64,000 nt of DNA from a virus. The first letter of the stretch is position 1. Each line of letters starts with the position of its first letter. This document shows positions 36,637-48,135 of this stretch, piece by piece. Where the stretch lies: positions 1 through 64,000 of the IMG/VR virus record IMGVR_UViG_3300028883_000992, one strand, 5' to 3'. The notes under the pieces were generated by a model. That model was not told where the DNA came from. It worked only from the letters and a program-made list of their open reading frames with translations, and did no database searches. The position numbers were made by a program, and so were the translations under genes.

Positions 36637-36656
36637 TCAAAATAAAGGAAATTATT

Positions 36657-37019
36657 ATGAGTACAAAAAATCATGCTGCAATACATACTACAGAACAATT
36701 ATTACAATCTAAATTTAGTATGGGCGACACATTTTACTACATATATTATGATAAAATTTACACAGAAACTGTACCTGAAATAGACAATAGAGATATAACA
36801 GATGATGGTGTAGAAATGATTGTACGTAAAAAGAACTATAACCATCGTGTTGATGTTAGATATATTTTCCATACGTTTGAAGAAGCAAAACTATGTTTAA
36901 TAAACAAATTTAAAAATCAAGTTTCTGCATATAAACATACCTTACAATCAGCACTTGATAATTATAATGACAGTCTTGATAAACTACATAAACTTATGGA
37001 AATGAATGATGTCGAATAA
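36657..37019 (+). CDS. Hypothetical protein
   Basis: AAGGA RBS before ATG 36657; IFH..EA motif similar to the upstream gene. Confidence 0.6.
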   Translation: MSTKNHAAIHTTEQLLQSKFSMGDTFYYIYYDKIYTETVPEIDNRDITDDGVEMIVRKKNYNHRVDVRYIFHTFEEAKLCLINKFKNQVSAYKHTLQSALDNYNDSLDKLHKLMEMNDVE

Positions 37020-37078
37020 AATTTATCTTGTTTCAATAGAAGAAGAAAAACCCAGATGGAGATTATTATGTTACCCTT

Positions 37079-40000
37079 TTAACCACTCATATAACCGTCT
37101 GTAACAAAATATCTATATGAACCCATATCACCTGCTGAAGCCAATACGGTAACATCTCCATATATATATTGTACACTAATAAGGCTTACACGTGTTATAT
37201 CCCCACCTGTAGGATTGGGATACGCTAATTGGAAACCTACCGTATCTGCACCTTTACAGTACTCACTATCTATTCTTATAGTTGTAAAAAATTTACCAGT
37301 TGAATCAAAATAATGGGTTTGTATATAGGGTGTGTAAACAGTACCACCCTTAACAACCTTATAATTTATCCTGTCATATACATTTTTTTCTCCACCTAAA
37401 GAATTAACACTATGCTCCAAAACCACAGTTATAGTATTAGATGAAGAAACATTAGATAAAGTATATGATGATGCGCCCGATAAAGCGCGAACATTATATC
37501 TACTATATGTCCAATCTCCAGAATAATAACCTTCAATATCCTGTGCAAAATCACCTGCAACAAGATAAGCATTACAATAAAAAGCAGTGCTATTTATGTT
37601 TTCAACAAATTGAACTTGTTGATACATCCCTTCAGCACTTGTATAAGTCTGGAAACTATAAGGAGTCCAAATATAATTATTGGGTGTTATCTTATTTCCA
37701 TTCCAATCTGTGAAAACTTTTTGGAAATATGCACTACTCCCAAAAGCTGTTGCACCTGTTTCTATATGTTTGACAAAATTAAAACCTTCACCTGTACCAA
37801 GACTATAAGCTGAAGGATGATAATAAAAACCATTTTTTAACATACGTATAAATGTTTTGTCTTCATCATACTGACCTATAGTTATAGAAGGCGCACCTGT
37901 TTCTTCATCTGAAACAGTAAGACCATTAGCATGAATATGTCCACCATGAATATTGGCAGCTTTTATCATATTTCCATAAATATAACCTGCCTCAAATCTG
38001 TCGGTAGTCATTACTTTATTGTCTCTAAATGTAGTAGGAGTAGTTTGTGAAGCTGTAGCTTCCTCAAGCATAACACCATCAAGATAACCGTCATTCATAA
38101 TCAGTATTAACATCTTGGTTGCTTGTTTTTCATAATCTGACCATCCATCAGCATTAATAACAGCATAATAACGAGTCCAAGTTTCACCATCAGAACCAGT
38201 ATAAGTGCCTTCAGTATTTTGATTACCGTCAGTTATATTATATAAACCTAATGCACTATCCTTATAGTCATAAAGATAATACTGTAATGTTGATTTGCCT
38301 CCTGTATATTTATAGTAACTAAATATATAATTATCAGGACGCATTGTGGTTTCCGGTAAAAATATCCCATTAGTATATATAGAATCATTTTCACCATAGC
38401 TATAAAAACTATAATTTCCAAAACAAGCATGATCATCAGTTATTTTACGCCTATCAGCACCACTATAATTATCAGAAAATGGAGTCCAACTTTCCCAAGC
38501 ACTTGTAGCAGTTTTATCTACAAAAACTTCAAAAGAACCATTGTTAATTTTATTCCGATAAGTAAACTCCCAATCAGGTGTCATTAATAAATCTACATAG
38601 TCATTTGCAGGACAAGATGTATTACCTGCAATATCATATGCGCGAGCTTTATAACGATATAACCTATAACCTTCAAGTGCTTCATCATAATCATAAAAAG
38701 CATCAGCATCTTCATATAGAGTCCCAACAACTGAAAAATTAGAGCCACCATCATCTGAACGTAAGATTTCTGTTTTCCAATATCCAGAAAATGAATCGCT
38801 AATTTTATCCTTATTTATTTTAATTAATGCGCCTCTTGCTTTAGTGACAGATTTGGCACTGTTTAGTATATCATTTCCTGTTATAATAGGTGTAGTTGGG
38901 TCATAATTAAAACTACGTATATCTGTTTGAGTTTGCCCAGACTCAGAAAATGCTGTAAAAATTAATCTATTAGGTTTACCTGCATAATTATCAAAAAATC
39001 CATAAAGCTCTGTATCTAAATCAGCTTCAGAACCGTCCCAAGATGGACTACTATATACAGTAGACGTAGTAATTACACCCGCCAAACTGTGTTGTTGCAA
39101 TTGGAAAGTATATCCAACTATAGAATCACCCTCACTAACACTTGCAGTAGCACGATAATACATTAATGAAACATCTAAATCTTCTGCGTTTAACCATCCA
39201 TTTTCATTTAATTCCTTATCTAACTTACAGTCCACACTCAAACTTATTTCAGAACCTTTAAATTCATAGTCCTGTGTGTTTTCAAATTGGTTGTAGTTTC
39301 CTGCTAAATCATAAACACGTACCGCAAAAGTATAGGTATCTATAACATTCGGTATAACAACAGGAACAATAGTAGTTGCATCAACTTCAGTTAAATCATA
39401 TTTTTGTATAGCTGAAGGACTTGAAAAATCGCCAGTAAAACTTATCCATGTAGATCGCAAAGATGTTTCATCATCAACAGGGTCACTAAATGGGATTTTA
39501 ACTCTAACTAATGTACTTCTACCATCTGTTATAGCACTACCAGATTCGTCAACAAAACTAAAATCTCCAGTTATATTAGGAACACCTACATCCCATTCAA
39601 CAGGTATATCTTTATATGTAAAATTACCAGATATATAATAAGTTACTCTAATATATCCAGTTCCACTTATAATAGTAGGGCTATAATTAATATCAGAATA
39701 ATCACCCTCACACTTCCAACGATATGTATTACCTATTGCACCTATCTCAGATGTGGACCTACTTGAATAAGGGATTGCATCATCATTAGCATCATAAAAT
39801 TGGAATGTCATTGACTCTACTTCTGTAGAAAAATCTATATAAAAACTATAATCAGCAGTATCATAAATATAAGTAGAACCACCGTCTTCAGAAGCAAGGC
39901 CACCACGATATAGCTTACCTTGACGCTTATCGACAGGATTAGGTGAAGAATACTCTACCGTAACAGATTCTAATGTCTGAACATCTCCGTAAATATAAAC

Positions 40001-42979
40001 AGCAGCAGTGTTTTCGTTATATAGGCGATCATAAGTTGTTATCCAAATCTTAGTAGAAGTAGTGGTTGCATAAAAATAACTATTAGCAGAACCATATAGT
40101 CCTGTTACATCATCAATTTTTGTAGTAAGTGCAGTATTAGCATAAATATTACAACCCAAAAAATCTGTATCACTAGGATTTTTCCATTTAAACAACGTAC
40201 CATCATATCTTGCCAATGAAGCTGTGTCAGTAATAGGGTCAGGTGGGATAGAGTCACCTGTCAATATACCTGCCGTAGCAGACATATTAGATTCGTTCCC
40301 AAAATTATCAAATACCCTTAATCCATAAATATAATATTGCCCCGGATTTACCGCCTTATCATCATAGGTTAAAGGCTCTTGAGTGTCATTCTGGTTCTCT
40401 CTTGTTGCTATATGTTCCCATTTAGTAAACTCTATTGTTGATGTACTATTAGGTGCAGGTATTTCAGCAACAGCATATTTTTCAGAAAGACCTAATGTTA
40501 TTAGAGAAGTTGAAACAAATAAATCTGTAAATAAACCATACGTATTGTAATAATTTGTTCCTGCATAATGCAATCCACCTATCTCTAAATTAGAAACGGT
40601 AGCATGATAATAAGTACCATTATAAGAAGCACTATTAACATATAGTGTCGCACTTGAATCTGCCCAAGACACACCTATAAATACACGTTCATTTTCTTTA
40701 AAATTGGCTGAAGCACTTACAATACTATCTGCACCTGCTGAATGTGAATGAATATAAAAATTATATGTAGTAGGGTTATAGCCTACAATTACTTTTTCTG
40801 TGGCTGTAAAACTATCAGAACCTTCAAAGAAAGTAAGAAGTTGCATAGTACCAGATGCAGATGTATAATCAAATGAAGGTATCCAATAAAATCCAAAACT
40901 TCCTCTGTCTGTAGCATGAGGCACAGAACTACAAATTAATATCTGTGCAGAAGATTCAGTGGCTCCATCTATAGTATCGGGATCAAAAATAGATGGAAAT
41001 GACATACTGTTATGTTCATAGACAATACCGTCCACGAATAAATTATTGGAGTTAGTAGAAGATACACCTATCTTAAATGTATAATCGGTTCCATCAGTAG
41101 TATGTTGAAGTTTATATCTTGTCCAACTGTTATTAAGTGTAGAACTTGTTGTTGCTACAGAATCACCTGAAGCACAAAGCCATATATTACCACTACCTCT
41201 TGCATAAACAGACAACATATAAGATTCTGCATCATATACAGTAACATTTTGACTAATATAACTTGCACTTGTAGATATAGCACTGTGTATTCTTCCACAA
41301 TACCCATTAAATAATGCATCATAATAAGTATTACTATTAATATCTAACATACATCCAGATGTTGACCATCCATTTGTTGTAGATAAATCACCTGCAACCG
41401 CAAGATTAGTATGTTTATTAGTTAAAGAAATGCCACCAGACATTACATTAAAAGACTTATGTGTTCTGAATGTATAAAATCCAGTAGAATTATCATACGA
41501 GCCTTTATGCGCCTGTGTAGAAGATACAAAAGGTAAATAAAACGAAACTCTATTGTTGTCCTTAGATGGTACTTGTTTTTTCGTTGTTTCTATAGCATAT
41601 GCATCAGTGGTGGCTTCAGAATATACATATGCTCCACGTTTACTTATCTTAACATTATCAAGGTAAACTGTATTATCATGTCCACCATCACGAATACCAT
41701 AGAATTTAAACTTAGTATACTTACAATCAGACGGTATAATAAAATCATCATCATCACTTCCTATATTATAACTTAATCTGTTCCAATTGTCAGCAGTAGA
41801 TGTAATTGCTTGTGACGCAGAAGATGTTGAACATAAACTACCATCATTAGAACTGTACCATATCATAACAGCAAAACTTGAAGCAATCTTATTTTTCTTG
41901 TGTTCAAAACTTATACTATAATCAAGATTGCTATAAACACGTATATAAGGCGAACTTAGTAATGAACTTTCACAACCGACAGTAGAACTATTGTCAATCT
42001 TGGCGCATACCCCATTAGATAAATAATCACCATAATAAAGATCAATTGTGCCATCTGTGACATTATTACTCCACCCTACATCTATACCTTCGCTAAATCC
42101 ACCATTATAAAGATAGTTGCCAAGAACAACATTATAATCTTTAACTTGGTAAGTATTTTCGCCAACATTGAATTCTTCACCTGAACCGTAATCTGAGGTA
42201 TAACTATCTGTCAGTATCTTGTTTGTAATATCAACAGCACCCTTAGATGTTTTTGTCGTCTTAGTTGTCTTACGGTAAATCTTATGTCCCGCCCAATCAT
42301 CAACAGAAGGTATATGCCACTGTAATGTATTTTTAGTAACACCAGTTTTAGCATCACTTTCTGTAGTTATAGGAGTAGTCCACCATTCAGGTGCAGATAA
42401 ATCAATATCACCAACTGGCTTCCAAGACGTTATATATGACATTATGCCATTAAGAAAATTAACAAAACTGTTATTCTCAGTTGTGTAAACATAAAAATAG
42501 AGGTCTGTCCATTGATTTTCCAATAATGTAAATGTAACAGTTTTATTGATATAGTAAAGTTCATTGGGGGCAATAATAGTTTTAACTATACCGTTAACAA
42601 CCGTATAAAACGATAAATTAATATAGTCATCAACTATCACTGGAAGTGTAACACTTCTTGTTTTATCTGATTTTACACTAACACTATAAGAAGCATTAAG
42701 ATATGCAGGTAAATTACTATCATAGCAACCACCACTATCATTAGAAACAAGATCAGCAATTCCACGTTTACGCACATAGCTATTATAGTTAATTCTACTT
42801 ATAGCAAAACTACTACCACGATCAAAAGTGTAATATTGTTTACGCCATATAATATTTTGTAAATCAACAGCATCTTGTGTTGCACCGCGATATTTAACAG
42901 ACTTAGTTTTTTCAATTTCAACTCTACCGAGCTTATCTCTTGTCTGTTTTAATATATGTTCTTCTACTAATTTTTTCAT
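37079..42979 (-). CDS. Large tail-tip / central fibre protein (FN3, CBM-like and ConA/LamG-like modules)
   Basis: 1966 aa, beta-rich; NYLYNGGFS and INNGSFE CBM4/9-like starts; Y.Y....D.AGN.S FN3 motifs; downstream of the tape measure. Confidence 0.75.
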   Translation of the reverse strand: MKKLVEEHILKQTRDKLGRVEIEKTKSVKYRGATQDAVDLQNIIWRKQYYTFDRGSSFAISRINYNSYVRKRGIADLVSNDSGGCYDSNLPAYLNASYSVSVKSDKTRSVTLPVIVDDYINLSFYTVVNGIVKTIIAPNELYYINKTVTFTLLENQWTDLYFYVYTTENNSFVNFLNGIMSYITSWKPVGDIDLSAPEWWTTPITTESDAKTGVTKNTLQWHIPSVDDWAGHKIYRKTTKTTKTSKGAVDITNKILTDSYTSDYGSGEEFNVGENTYQVKDYNVVLGNYLYNGGFSEGIDVGWSNNVTDGTIDLYYGDYLSNGVCAKIDNSSTVGCESSLLSSPYIRVYSNLDYSISFEHKKNKIASSFAVMIWYSSNDGSLCSTSSASQAITSTADNWNRLSYNIGSDDDDFIIPSDCKYTKFKFYGIRDGGHDNTVYLDNVKISKRGAYVYSEATTDAYAIETTKKQVPSKDNNRVSFYLPFVSSTQAHKGSYDNSTGFYTFRTHKSFNVMSGGISLTNKHTNLAVAGDLSTTNGWSTSGCMLDINSNTYYDALFNGYCGRIHSAISTSASYISQNVTVYDAESYMLSVYARGSGNIWLCASGDSVATTSSTLNNSWTRYKLQHTTDGTDYTFKIGVSSTNSNNLFVDGIVYEHNSMSFPSIFDPDTIDGATESSAQILICSSVPHATDRGSFGFYWIPSFDYTSASGTMQLLTFFEGSDSFTATEKVIVGYNPTTYNFYIHSHSAGADSIVSASANFKENERVFIGVSWADSSATLYVNSASYNGTYYHATVSNLEIGGLHYAGTNYYNTYGLFTDLFVSTSLITLGLSEKYAVAEIPAPNSTSTIEFTKWEHIATRENQNDTQEPLTYDDKAVNPGQYYIYGLRVFDNFGNESNMSATAGILTGDSIPPDPITDTASLARYDGTLFKWKNPSDTDFLGCNIYANTALTTKIDDVTGLYGSANSYFYATTTSTKIWITTYDRLYNENTAAVYIYGDVQTLESVTVEYSSPNPVDKRQGKLYRGGLASEDGGSTYIYDTADYSFYIDFSTEVESMTFQFYDANDDAIPYSSRSTSEIGAIGNTYRWKCEGDYSDINYSPTIISGTGYIRVTYYISGNFTYKDIPVEWDVGVPNITGDFSFVDESGSAITDGRSTLVRVKIPFSDPVDDETSLRSTWISFTGDFSSPSAIQKYDLTEVDATTIVPVVIPNVIDTYTFAVRVYDLAGNYNQFENTQDYEFKGSEISLSVDCKLDKELNENGWLNAEDLDVSLMYYRATASVSEGDSIVGYTFQLQQHSLAGVITTSTVYSSPSWDGSEADLDTELYGFFDNYAGKPNRLIFTAFSESGQTQTDIRSFNYDPTTPIITGNDILNSAKSVTKARGALIKINKDKISDSFSGYWKTEILRSDDGGSNFSVVGTLYEDADAFYDYDEALEGYRLYRYKARAYDIAGNTSCPANDYVDLLMTPDWEFTYRNKINNGSFEVFVDKTATSAWESWTPFSDNYSGADRRKITDDHACFGNYSFYSYGENDSIYTNGIFLPETTMRPDNYIFSYYKYTGGKSTLQYYLYDYKDSALGLYNITDGNQNTEGTYTGSDGETWTRYYAVINADGWSDYEKQATKMLILIMNDGYLDGVMLEEATASQTTPTTFRDNKVMTTDRFEAGYIYGNMIKAANIHGGHIHANGLTVSDEETGAPSITIGQYDEDKTFIRMLKNGFYYHPSAYSLGTGEGFNFVKHIETGATAFGSSAYFQKVFTDWNGNKITPNNYIWTPYSFQTYTSAEGMYQQVQFVENINSTAFYCNAYLVAGDFAQDIEGYYSGDWTYSRYNVRALSGASSYTLSNVSSSNTITVVLEHSVNSLGGEKNVYDRINYKVVKGGTVYTPYIQTHYFDSTGKFFTTIRIDSEYCKGADTVGFQLAYPNPTGGDITRVSLISVQYIYGDVTVLASAGDMGSYRYFVTDGYMSG

Positions 42980-45900
42980 ACTTTTGGTATATATAACATT
43001 GTTACTCTATGTTTTGAGCTAAAGAATGGGGCAGAAATACCTGCTACCTTACGATAAAATATTAAGTATTTACCATCCCAAACATCATTGTTCGTAGGGT
43101 ATTGGTTTCCAACTACTGCCTCAGCAGTCAAAGCAGGATAATACCCTCTTGTCAAAGAAAGGTCTACCCAACCTATAAAATTACCCCTAAATTGGCCTTC
43201 AAGATTTAGAAACTGTGTATCTACATTTTCATATAATCCATCATTAGTCATAAATTCAGAACTACTTAGAATAATACCGCTATATGGATCATCCTCATTA
43301 TTGGAATTTGCATAAGTGGTAGAAACAAAATCTTCTTGCAAACATATGCGACCAGATTTGTCACGTACATATCCAGAGAAATAGATAACATTCCAATAGC
43401 ACCCACCATCATCTGTGTATGTATCACTATTCCAAAGCTCGTTATTTATAAAGGCAAATGTATCTAAATGTTTTTTAGGATTAAAGCTACCTGCTATTCC
43501 TATATCCTTATCTATATCATACAGTAATCTAAAGTACTCTTCATCATCAACTAAAGTCTTACTATTAATATCAACTTGTGAACCACCAAAATATTGCTTG
43601 GTACTCCATAAATCATCTCCAAATGCATAATTGTGTCTAATAATATTAGCATCTAATTTTATGGCATAATATCTATTAGCAAACTCTTCATCACCTAAAC
43701 CTGACTGTGAAGAAGATGTAATATCTTTAAATGTATAATGTACAGCATTTCCTTTACCTGATAGGTCTGTACGTATATAAACAGGTGTATAAAGTTTACC
43801 ATCTGTAGTTATTTTAAATGGTTTAATTGTAGCTCCGCTATTATCAACTATAGTAGAAACCACAGTACTTTCAGCTAAACCATAAGTATCTTCATAATCC
43901 TGATCAAAATCAGAGTAATAAACAGACGAATAATCAATCTGAAAATCTACAGTACTTACAATTCCACGCCTTAAATAACCATATGGCATATCAGCTTCAG
44001 AATCAGTTCCAAAAAGCGGAGTACTATATTGATTATCACCTATCTCTAATGAGAAATAAGGATAAAATTTTACATATCCACGCTTCTCATTCTCTATAGT
44101 AAATATTCCACCCTGTATTTCACCAAAATTATCATTTAAATTCATAGATGCACTAGAAATAATATTCGCATTATTTAATCGCCTACGTCTATTGGCATAC
44201 CATATTTCATCAGTGTGTAAGTCTGAATAATAAGCCTTGTTATAAGTGTCTATAAAATTATTCCATGAGCTTATATCGTCATTACCATTCCATGTAAAAT
44301 AACGATCTTTACCCCATTGAACATATTCATAACCATTATAAGGCCAATCATCACCATCACGTTTAGTTAAAGTAGTAAGCTGAATAGGTGTTCCCTTTAT
44401 GCGACTACCATCTAATGTATCATCAACACCAAACACCTGTAACTGTAAATATCCGCTTTTAACTAAATCAAATGTTATACGTGGCACTATCCCCATACTA
44501 TCACCAGTATAAGGATCATAGGAACCATTCACAAAACTTGACGTGGACCAACTTTTTGCATCTGATCTCTGCGAACCTCTTATGCACCCATCATAATACC
44601 ATGTTCCACCTGAACTACTAACAGAACTATACCTAATAGTTTCAGTTTGAATAGTAATATTAAGCTGACCATATAACTCAATGGCACTACCGCTTGAATA
44701 CCCCATAACGAGATACCCCTTTTGCGGTACATTTGCTAACGATGTATCTACATAAATTGTTGTATCTGTTGTACTTATGTACTGAGTTGTAAATCCTACA
44801 GTGCCACCATTAACAATACGTATATTCTGGAACGGATTATTATCAAATAATTCTAAATCAGGTTCAGTCTTAACAAAATAAGAAGGATCAGGCTGTAAAT
44901 CGGTTGCTTTAAACTGAGTAACATAAGTACCATTACTATGTCTACTTTTAACTTCAGTAACCCACAGTTTTTTAGATGAAGTTATACCGTCCTTAAACTC
45001 TTCATCAACACTAATACAGTCATAAGGCTCAATAAAAGGATTACCCAATGTTTCAAATTCAACTTCTTTAGAAGCATCACGATGATTCAATATAAAATTA
45101 TAACTCACATAGTCAGCATGATCTTCACTTGAAATAGACGGATCAACAATAATAGTCTGCAAAGGTCTTCCGACATAATTTATAGCTTCAGCAGAATGTA
45201 TACTATTAAGATCAGTAGAACGCGACTGTCTAAATGTGTAAGTGGGATTATTGGGATTGATAACCGCTCTTTCATTTGACGCATTTGCACCAGTTTTTGT
45301 TCCTGTCCTACGGCCTAATACTATACAGTCATTACGAAGGTCTTTGCCTGTGTCTTCAATATTCAATGCTATAACATGTCCCGGCCCAAGATTATCGGAT
45401 GTTCTAAAATAAAAAGATGGCACACTGATATCGTGATCATATAAAAATAAACTATCAATACATAGATCATTATATGCCACACCATTTACCTGCACAAGAA
45501 AATCATATTCACTGTATGGCAAATTAGATGCAACAGTTATTTGACATGGATTAGAACCAGTTTCAGGATCAACACCTTTATAATAAGACCAAGCAGTATT
45601 GTAATAAAAACTTTTATAAACCGTATCTAATGATCCTGTGGGTGTACTTATTTGTATAGCTGCACTTAAACTGCTTTCATCTGCACCTGCTCTTGGATTG
45701 GGACGTATTATTAAATCCATACGCGCAAATTTAACATCATCTTTTGTTACGCTTTGTAAATCATTGGTTGTCATATAATGAGCTTTAACACAATTAAAAT
45801 CTGTCTCTATTGTAAAACCTGTACGACTGTCAAATTGTAGTTCATCTGAAGCATATGTAGTGCAATGAACAATCTGATTAGGTACATCTATAAAACTGAT

Positions 45901-47334
45901 ATAAGGATACCCATAACGATTTATGCCCCATAAAAATCCATATGGTTCTATAATGTTATTGATAGCATCATATAGGTATTCACCTGTATCTATCTGATAA
46001 TTATATTCATCATCAATTATAGAACCTTCTAATGCATTAGGATTACCATATAATGTTTCATTAGGTAAATATAATTCATTAGTGTTACCTATTAAATTGT
46101 TATACCAACCACCCGTAGTAGACTGATCATTATAATCATTCCGTGTCTCTTTTTTATAAAGAAGAGTAGGATCAATATAGGAATTAATGATAAGATTATT
46201 GAATACTTTATAAAGTTCCCATCCATCATAAGCAGCAGGTTTTGTTAGTCCATTAACATGTCCGGGTATTTCATCCATATAATCAGATGCTATATAATCC
46301 ATAACATTAGGTGCATCTATATTAAAGGTATCCATTAAAAATATAGCATTAGAATAGCATATTACTTCAAGCTGATCATCTCCATTTTCTTTGTACGTAA
46401 TTTTAAAATCACGTATATGACCACTAAATTTCTGAACTGTCTGTGCAACTTTTGGGTCAGAAGTAGTATAATAACCCTCTGAGAAAGTTACCATTCTAAA
46501 TTTCTTCAACGCAACATCAGTATCTTCTGTATTTACATAATGGTTTTCCCCTTGCTTATAATAACCTTCCCAAGTGTAATCACTTGCAGATGATATAAAG
46601 GGTACTGTAAATTTTAAAACATCAGCACCATTTGTACGCACATCTAAAGATACGCTTATAATATTATCAACGGTAGATAAAGAGATCGGCATTGTAGCAT
46701 TTACAGTAGACCAATCAGAAGGAGCAGTTACACCTGCTGATATAGGAAGTTTATGCGGCATAGTTGTTGAATCATCGGTCATACGGTATAAACAACATAC
46801 ACCACTTTCATTCCCGATTTCTCCAGACCACTTATACCTCAAACTAATAGGATACCAATTTCCTGCTGCATAATCTCCTGTACACACACCACCTATATGT
46901 GATGTAGCACCCAACTGCATATATCCGCTATAGGACTGTGTGCCTGAATTATCGTCAATAGATAGAGTCACATGACCATCACCACCAAAATAAAACTCAT
47001 ATTGTCCATCATATTCCGCATAAAAATATCCGGTACATAACATGCTCCATCCACCACTATAACGGTCATCTCTTATTTGTTGTGGAGTTCCTCTTGCATT
47101 ATAAAACTTAATAAGCCCACCGGGTATAGTACCAGAATATGCAGTGTCTTCTTTATTGGTAACACCTTCTCTACCATAGTACCAAGATACATCAAGACCT
47201 TCTGATAAAACTGTATTTACAGTATCAGCAGTTTTTATAACTGTAGCAGGATAACTTAATTTACCTTCATATGGTCTATAACCATGACAGGTAGAAAAGT
47301 CGTGACGATCATGTGAATCTAATCTTTCAATCAT
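42976..47334 (-). CDS. Baseplate hub / tail-tip protein with N-terminal PA14-like domain
   Basis: WSMLCTGYFYAEYDGQYEFYFGGDG (PA14-like); GNPFIEPYDCISV hub motif. Confidence 0.7.
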   Translation of the reverse strand: MIERLDSHDRHDFSTCHGYRPYEGKLSYPATVIKTADTVNTVLSEGLDVSWYYGREGVTNKEDTAYSGTIPGGLIKFYNARGTPQQIRDDRYSGGWSMLCTGYFYAEYDGQYEFYFGGDGHVTLSIDDNSGTQSYSGYMQLGATSHIGGVCTGDYAAGNWYPISLRYKWSGEIGNESGVCCLYRMTDDSTTMPHKLPISAGVTAPSDWSTVNATMPISLSTVDNIISVSLDVRTNGADVLKFTVPFISSASDYTWEGYYKQGENHYVNTEDTDVALKKFRMVTFSEGYYTTSDPKVAQTVQKFSGHIRDFKITYKENGDDQLEVICYSNAIFLMDTFNIDAPNVMDYIASDYMDEIPGHVNGLTKPAAYDGWELYKVFNNLIINSYIDPTLLYKKETRNDYNDQSTTGGWYNNLIGNTNELYLPNETLYGNPNALEGSIIDDEYNYQIDTGEYLYDAINNIIEPYGFLWGINRYGYPYISFIDVPNQIVHCTTYASDELQFDSRTGFTIETDFNCVKAHYMTTNDLQSVTKDDVKFARMDLIIRPNPRAGADESSLSAAIQISTPTGSLDTVYKSFYYNTAWSYYKGVDPETGSNPCQITVASNLPYSEYDFLVQVNGVAYNDLCIDSLFLYDHDISVPSFYFRTSDNLGPGHVIALNIEDTGKDLRNDCIVLGRRTGTKTGANASNERAVINPNNPTYTFRQSRSTDLNSIHSAEAINYVGRPLQTIIVDPSISSEDHADYVSYNFILNHRDASKEVEFETLGNPFIEPYDCISVDEEFKDGITSSKKLWVTEVKSRHSNGTYVTQFKATDLQPDPSYFVKTEPDLELFDNNPFQNIRIVNGGTVGFTTQYISTTDTTIYVDTSLANVPQKGYLVMGYSSGSAIELYGQLNITIQTETIRYSSVSSSGGTWYYDGCIRGSQRSDAKSWSTSSFVNGSYDPYTGDSMGIVPRITFDLVKSGYLQLQVFGVDDTLDGSRIKGTPIQLTTLTKRDGDDWPYNGYEYVQWGKDRYFTWNGNDDISSWNNFIDTYNKAYYSDLHTDEIWYANRRRRLNNANIISSASMNLNDNFGEIQGGIFTIENEKRGYVKFYPYFSLEIGDNQYSTPLFGTDSEADMPYGYLRRGIVSTVDFQIDYSSVYYSDFDQDYEDTYGLAESTVVSTIVDNSGATIKPFKITTDGKLYTPVYIRTDLSGKGNAVHYTFKDITSSSQSGLGDEEFANRYYAIKLDANIIRHNYAFGDDLWSTKQYFGGSQVDINSKTLVDDEEYFRLLYDIDKDIGIAGSFNPKKHLDTFAFINNELWNSDTYTDDGGCYWNVIYFSGYVRDKSGRICLQEDFVSTTYANSNNEDDPYSGIILSSSEFMTNDGLYENVDTQFLNLEGQFRGNFIGWVDLSLTRGYYPALTAEAVVGNQYPTNNDVWDGKYLIFYRKVAGISAPFFSSKHRVTMLYIPKV

Positions 47335-47389
47335 GAGAATTCAAAAAATGTATAATACCTTTGTGTTACAATTTCTTTATCTGGTGATT

Positions 47390-47737
47390 TTATTCATTAA
47401 ACCAATTAACACTATGATCACCCGATTCTTCTAAATAATATTCTTCACCAGAAAAAATTGAAAATTTACTTATAGGATAAGAAGAATCATTAAACCAATT
47501 AACACCCTGATCATCCGATTCTTCTAAATAATATTCTCCACCAGAAAAAATTGAAAATTTACTTAGAGGATAAGAAGAATCATTCAATGTTATAGAACTA
47601 AAATTCATATCTATAGGATCATCAAAACTATAGGTAGATGCATAAGTCGGAGTAGTACAAGATGCTAAAATATTACTTGATGCATTTGTTAGATTAAATC
47701 CAAGATTTCCGTTAACCTTTACACCTATTTTATTCAT
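47390..47737 (-). CDS. Hypothetical protein with 31-aa internal duplication
   Basis: GGAG RBS; repeat. Confidence 0.55.
   Translation of the reverse strand: MNKIGVKVNGNLGFNLTNASSNILASCTTPTYASTYSFDDPIDMNFSSITLNDSSYPLSKFSIFSGGEYYLEESDDQGVNWFNDSSYPISKFSIFSGEEYYLEESGDHSVNWFNE
47394..47584. repeat. 93-bp imperfect tandem duplication (2 copies, 5 differences)
   Basis: Copies start at 47394 and 47487. Confidence 0.9.
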
Positions 47738-47745
47738 TATAACTC

Positions 47746-48135
47746 CTATGCTTCTAAATAAGTTCTCATTTTACTGTAATAACCTTTCTCTACTGAATCA
47801 CGTAAAAATTTGTCTTGTTGTTCTTTTGTTAAACTGTGCCACATCTTTTTAACTGCCAATATTAAATCCATGAATCTAATATAAGACATATTCACAAGAT
47901 CATAAGGTTTGCCGTCAATAATCATACAACATTTATCAACCATTTTTTCATCAACATTAAACTCAACATGATTGTTCTTCATCATTGGTGACAATGTTAT
48001 TGTTAATTCTGGTTGACAATCTGTTTTTTGATATAGATAATAGTCCGTAACACGTTCCATCCATATATCACGATCATTAACTACCATATATGGACATAGT
48101 TCACCATTTTTTTCTTTTAGTTTGAATTTAACCAT
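47746..48135 (-). CDS. Hypothetical protein
   Basis: Overlapping ORF in the tail operon. Confidence 0.6.
   Translation of the reverse strand: MVKFKLKEKNGELCPYMVVNDRDIWMERVTDYYLYQKTDCQPELTITLSPMMKNNHVEFNVDEKMVDKCCMIIDGKPYDLVNMSYIRFMDLILAVKKMWHSLTKEQQDKFLRDSVEKGYYSKMRTYLEA

Noticed and set aside
47394-47584. Possible DGR template/variable repeat pair
   Set aside because: The copies are tandem and in frame, the differences are not adenine-specific in one direction, and no reverse transcriptase is in the window.
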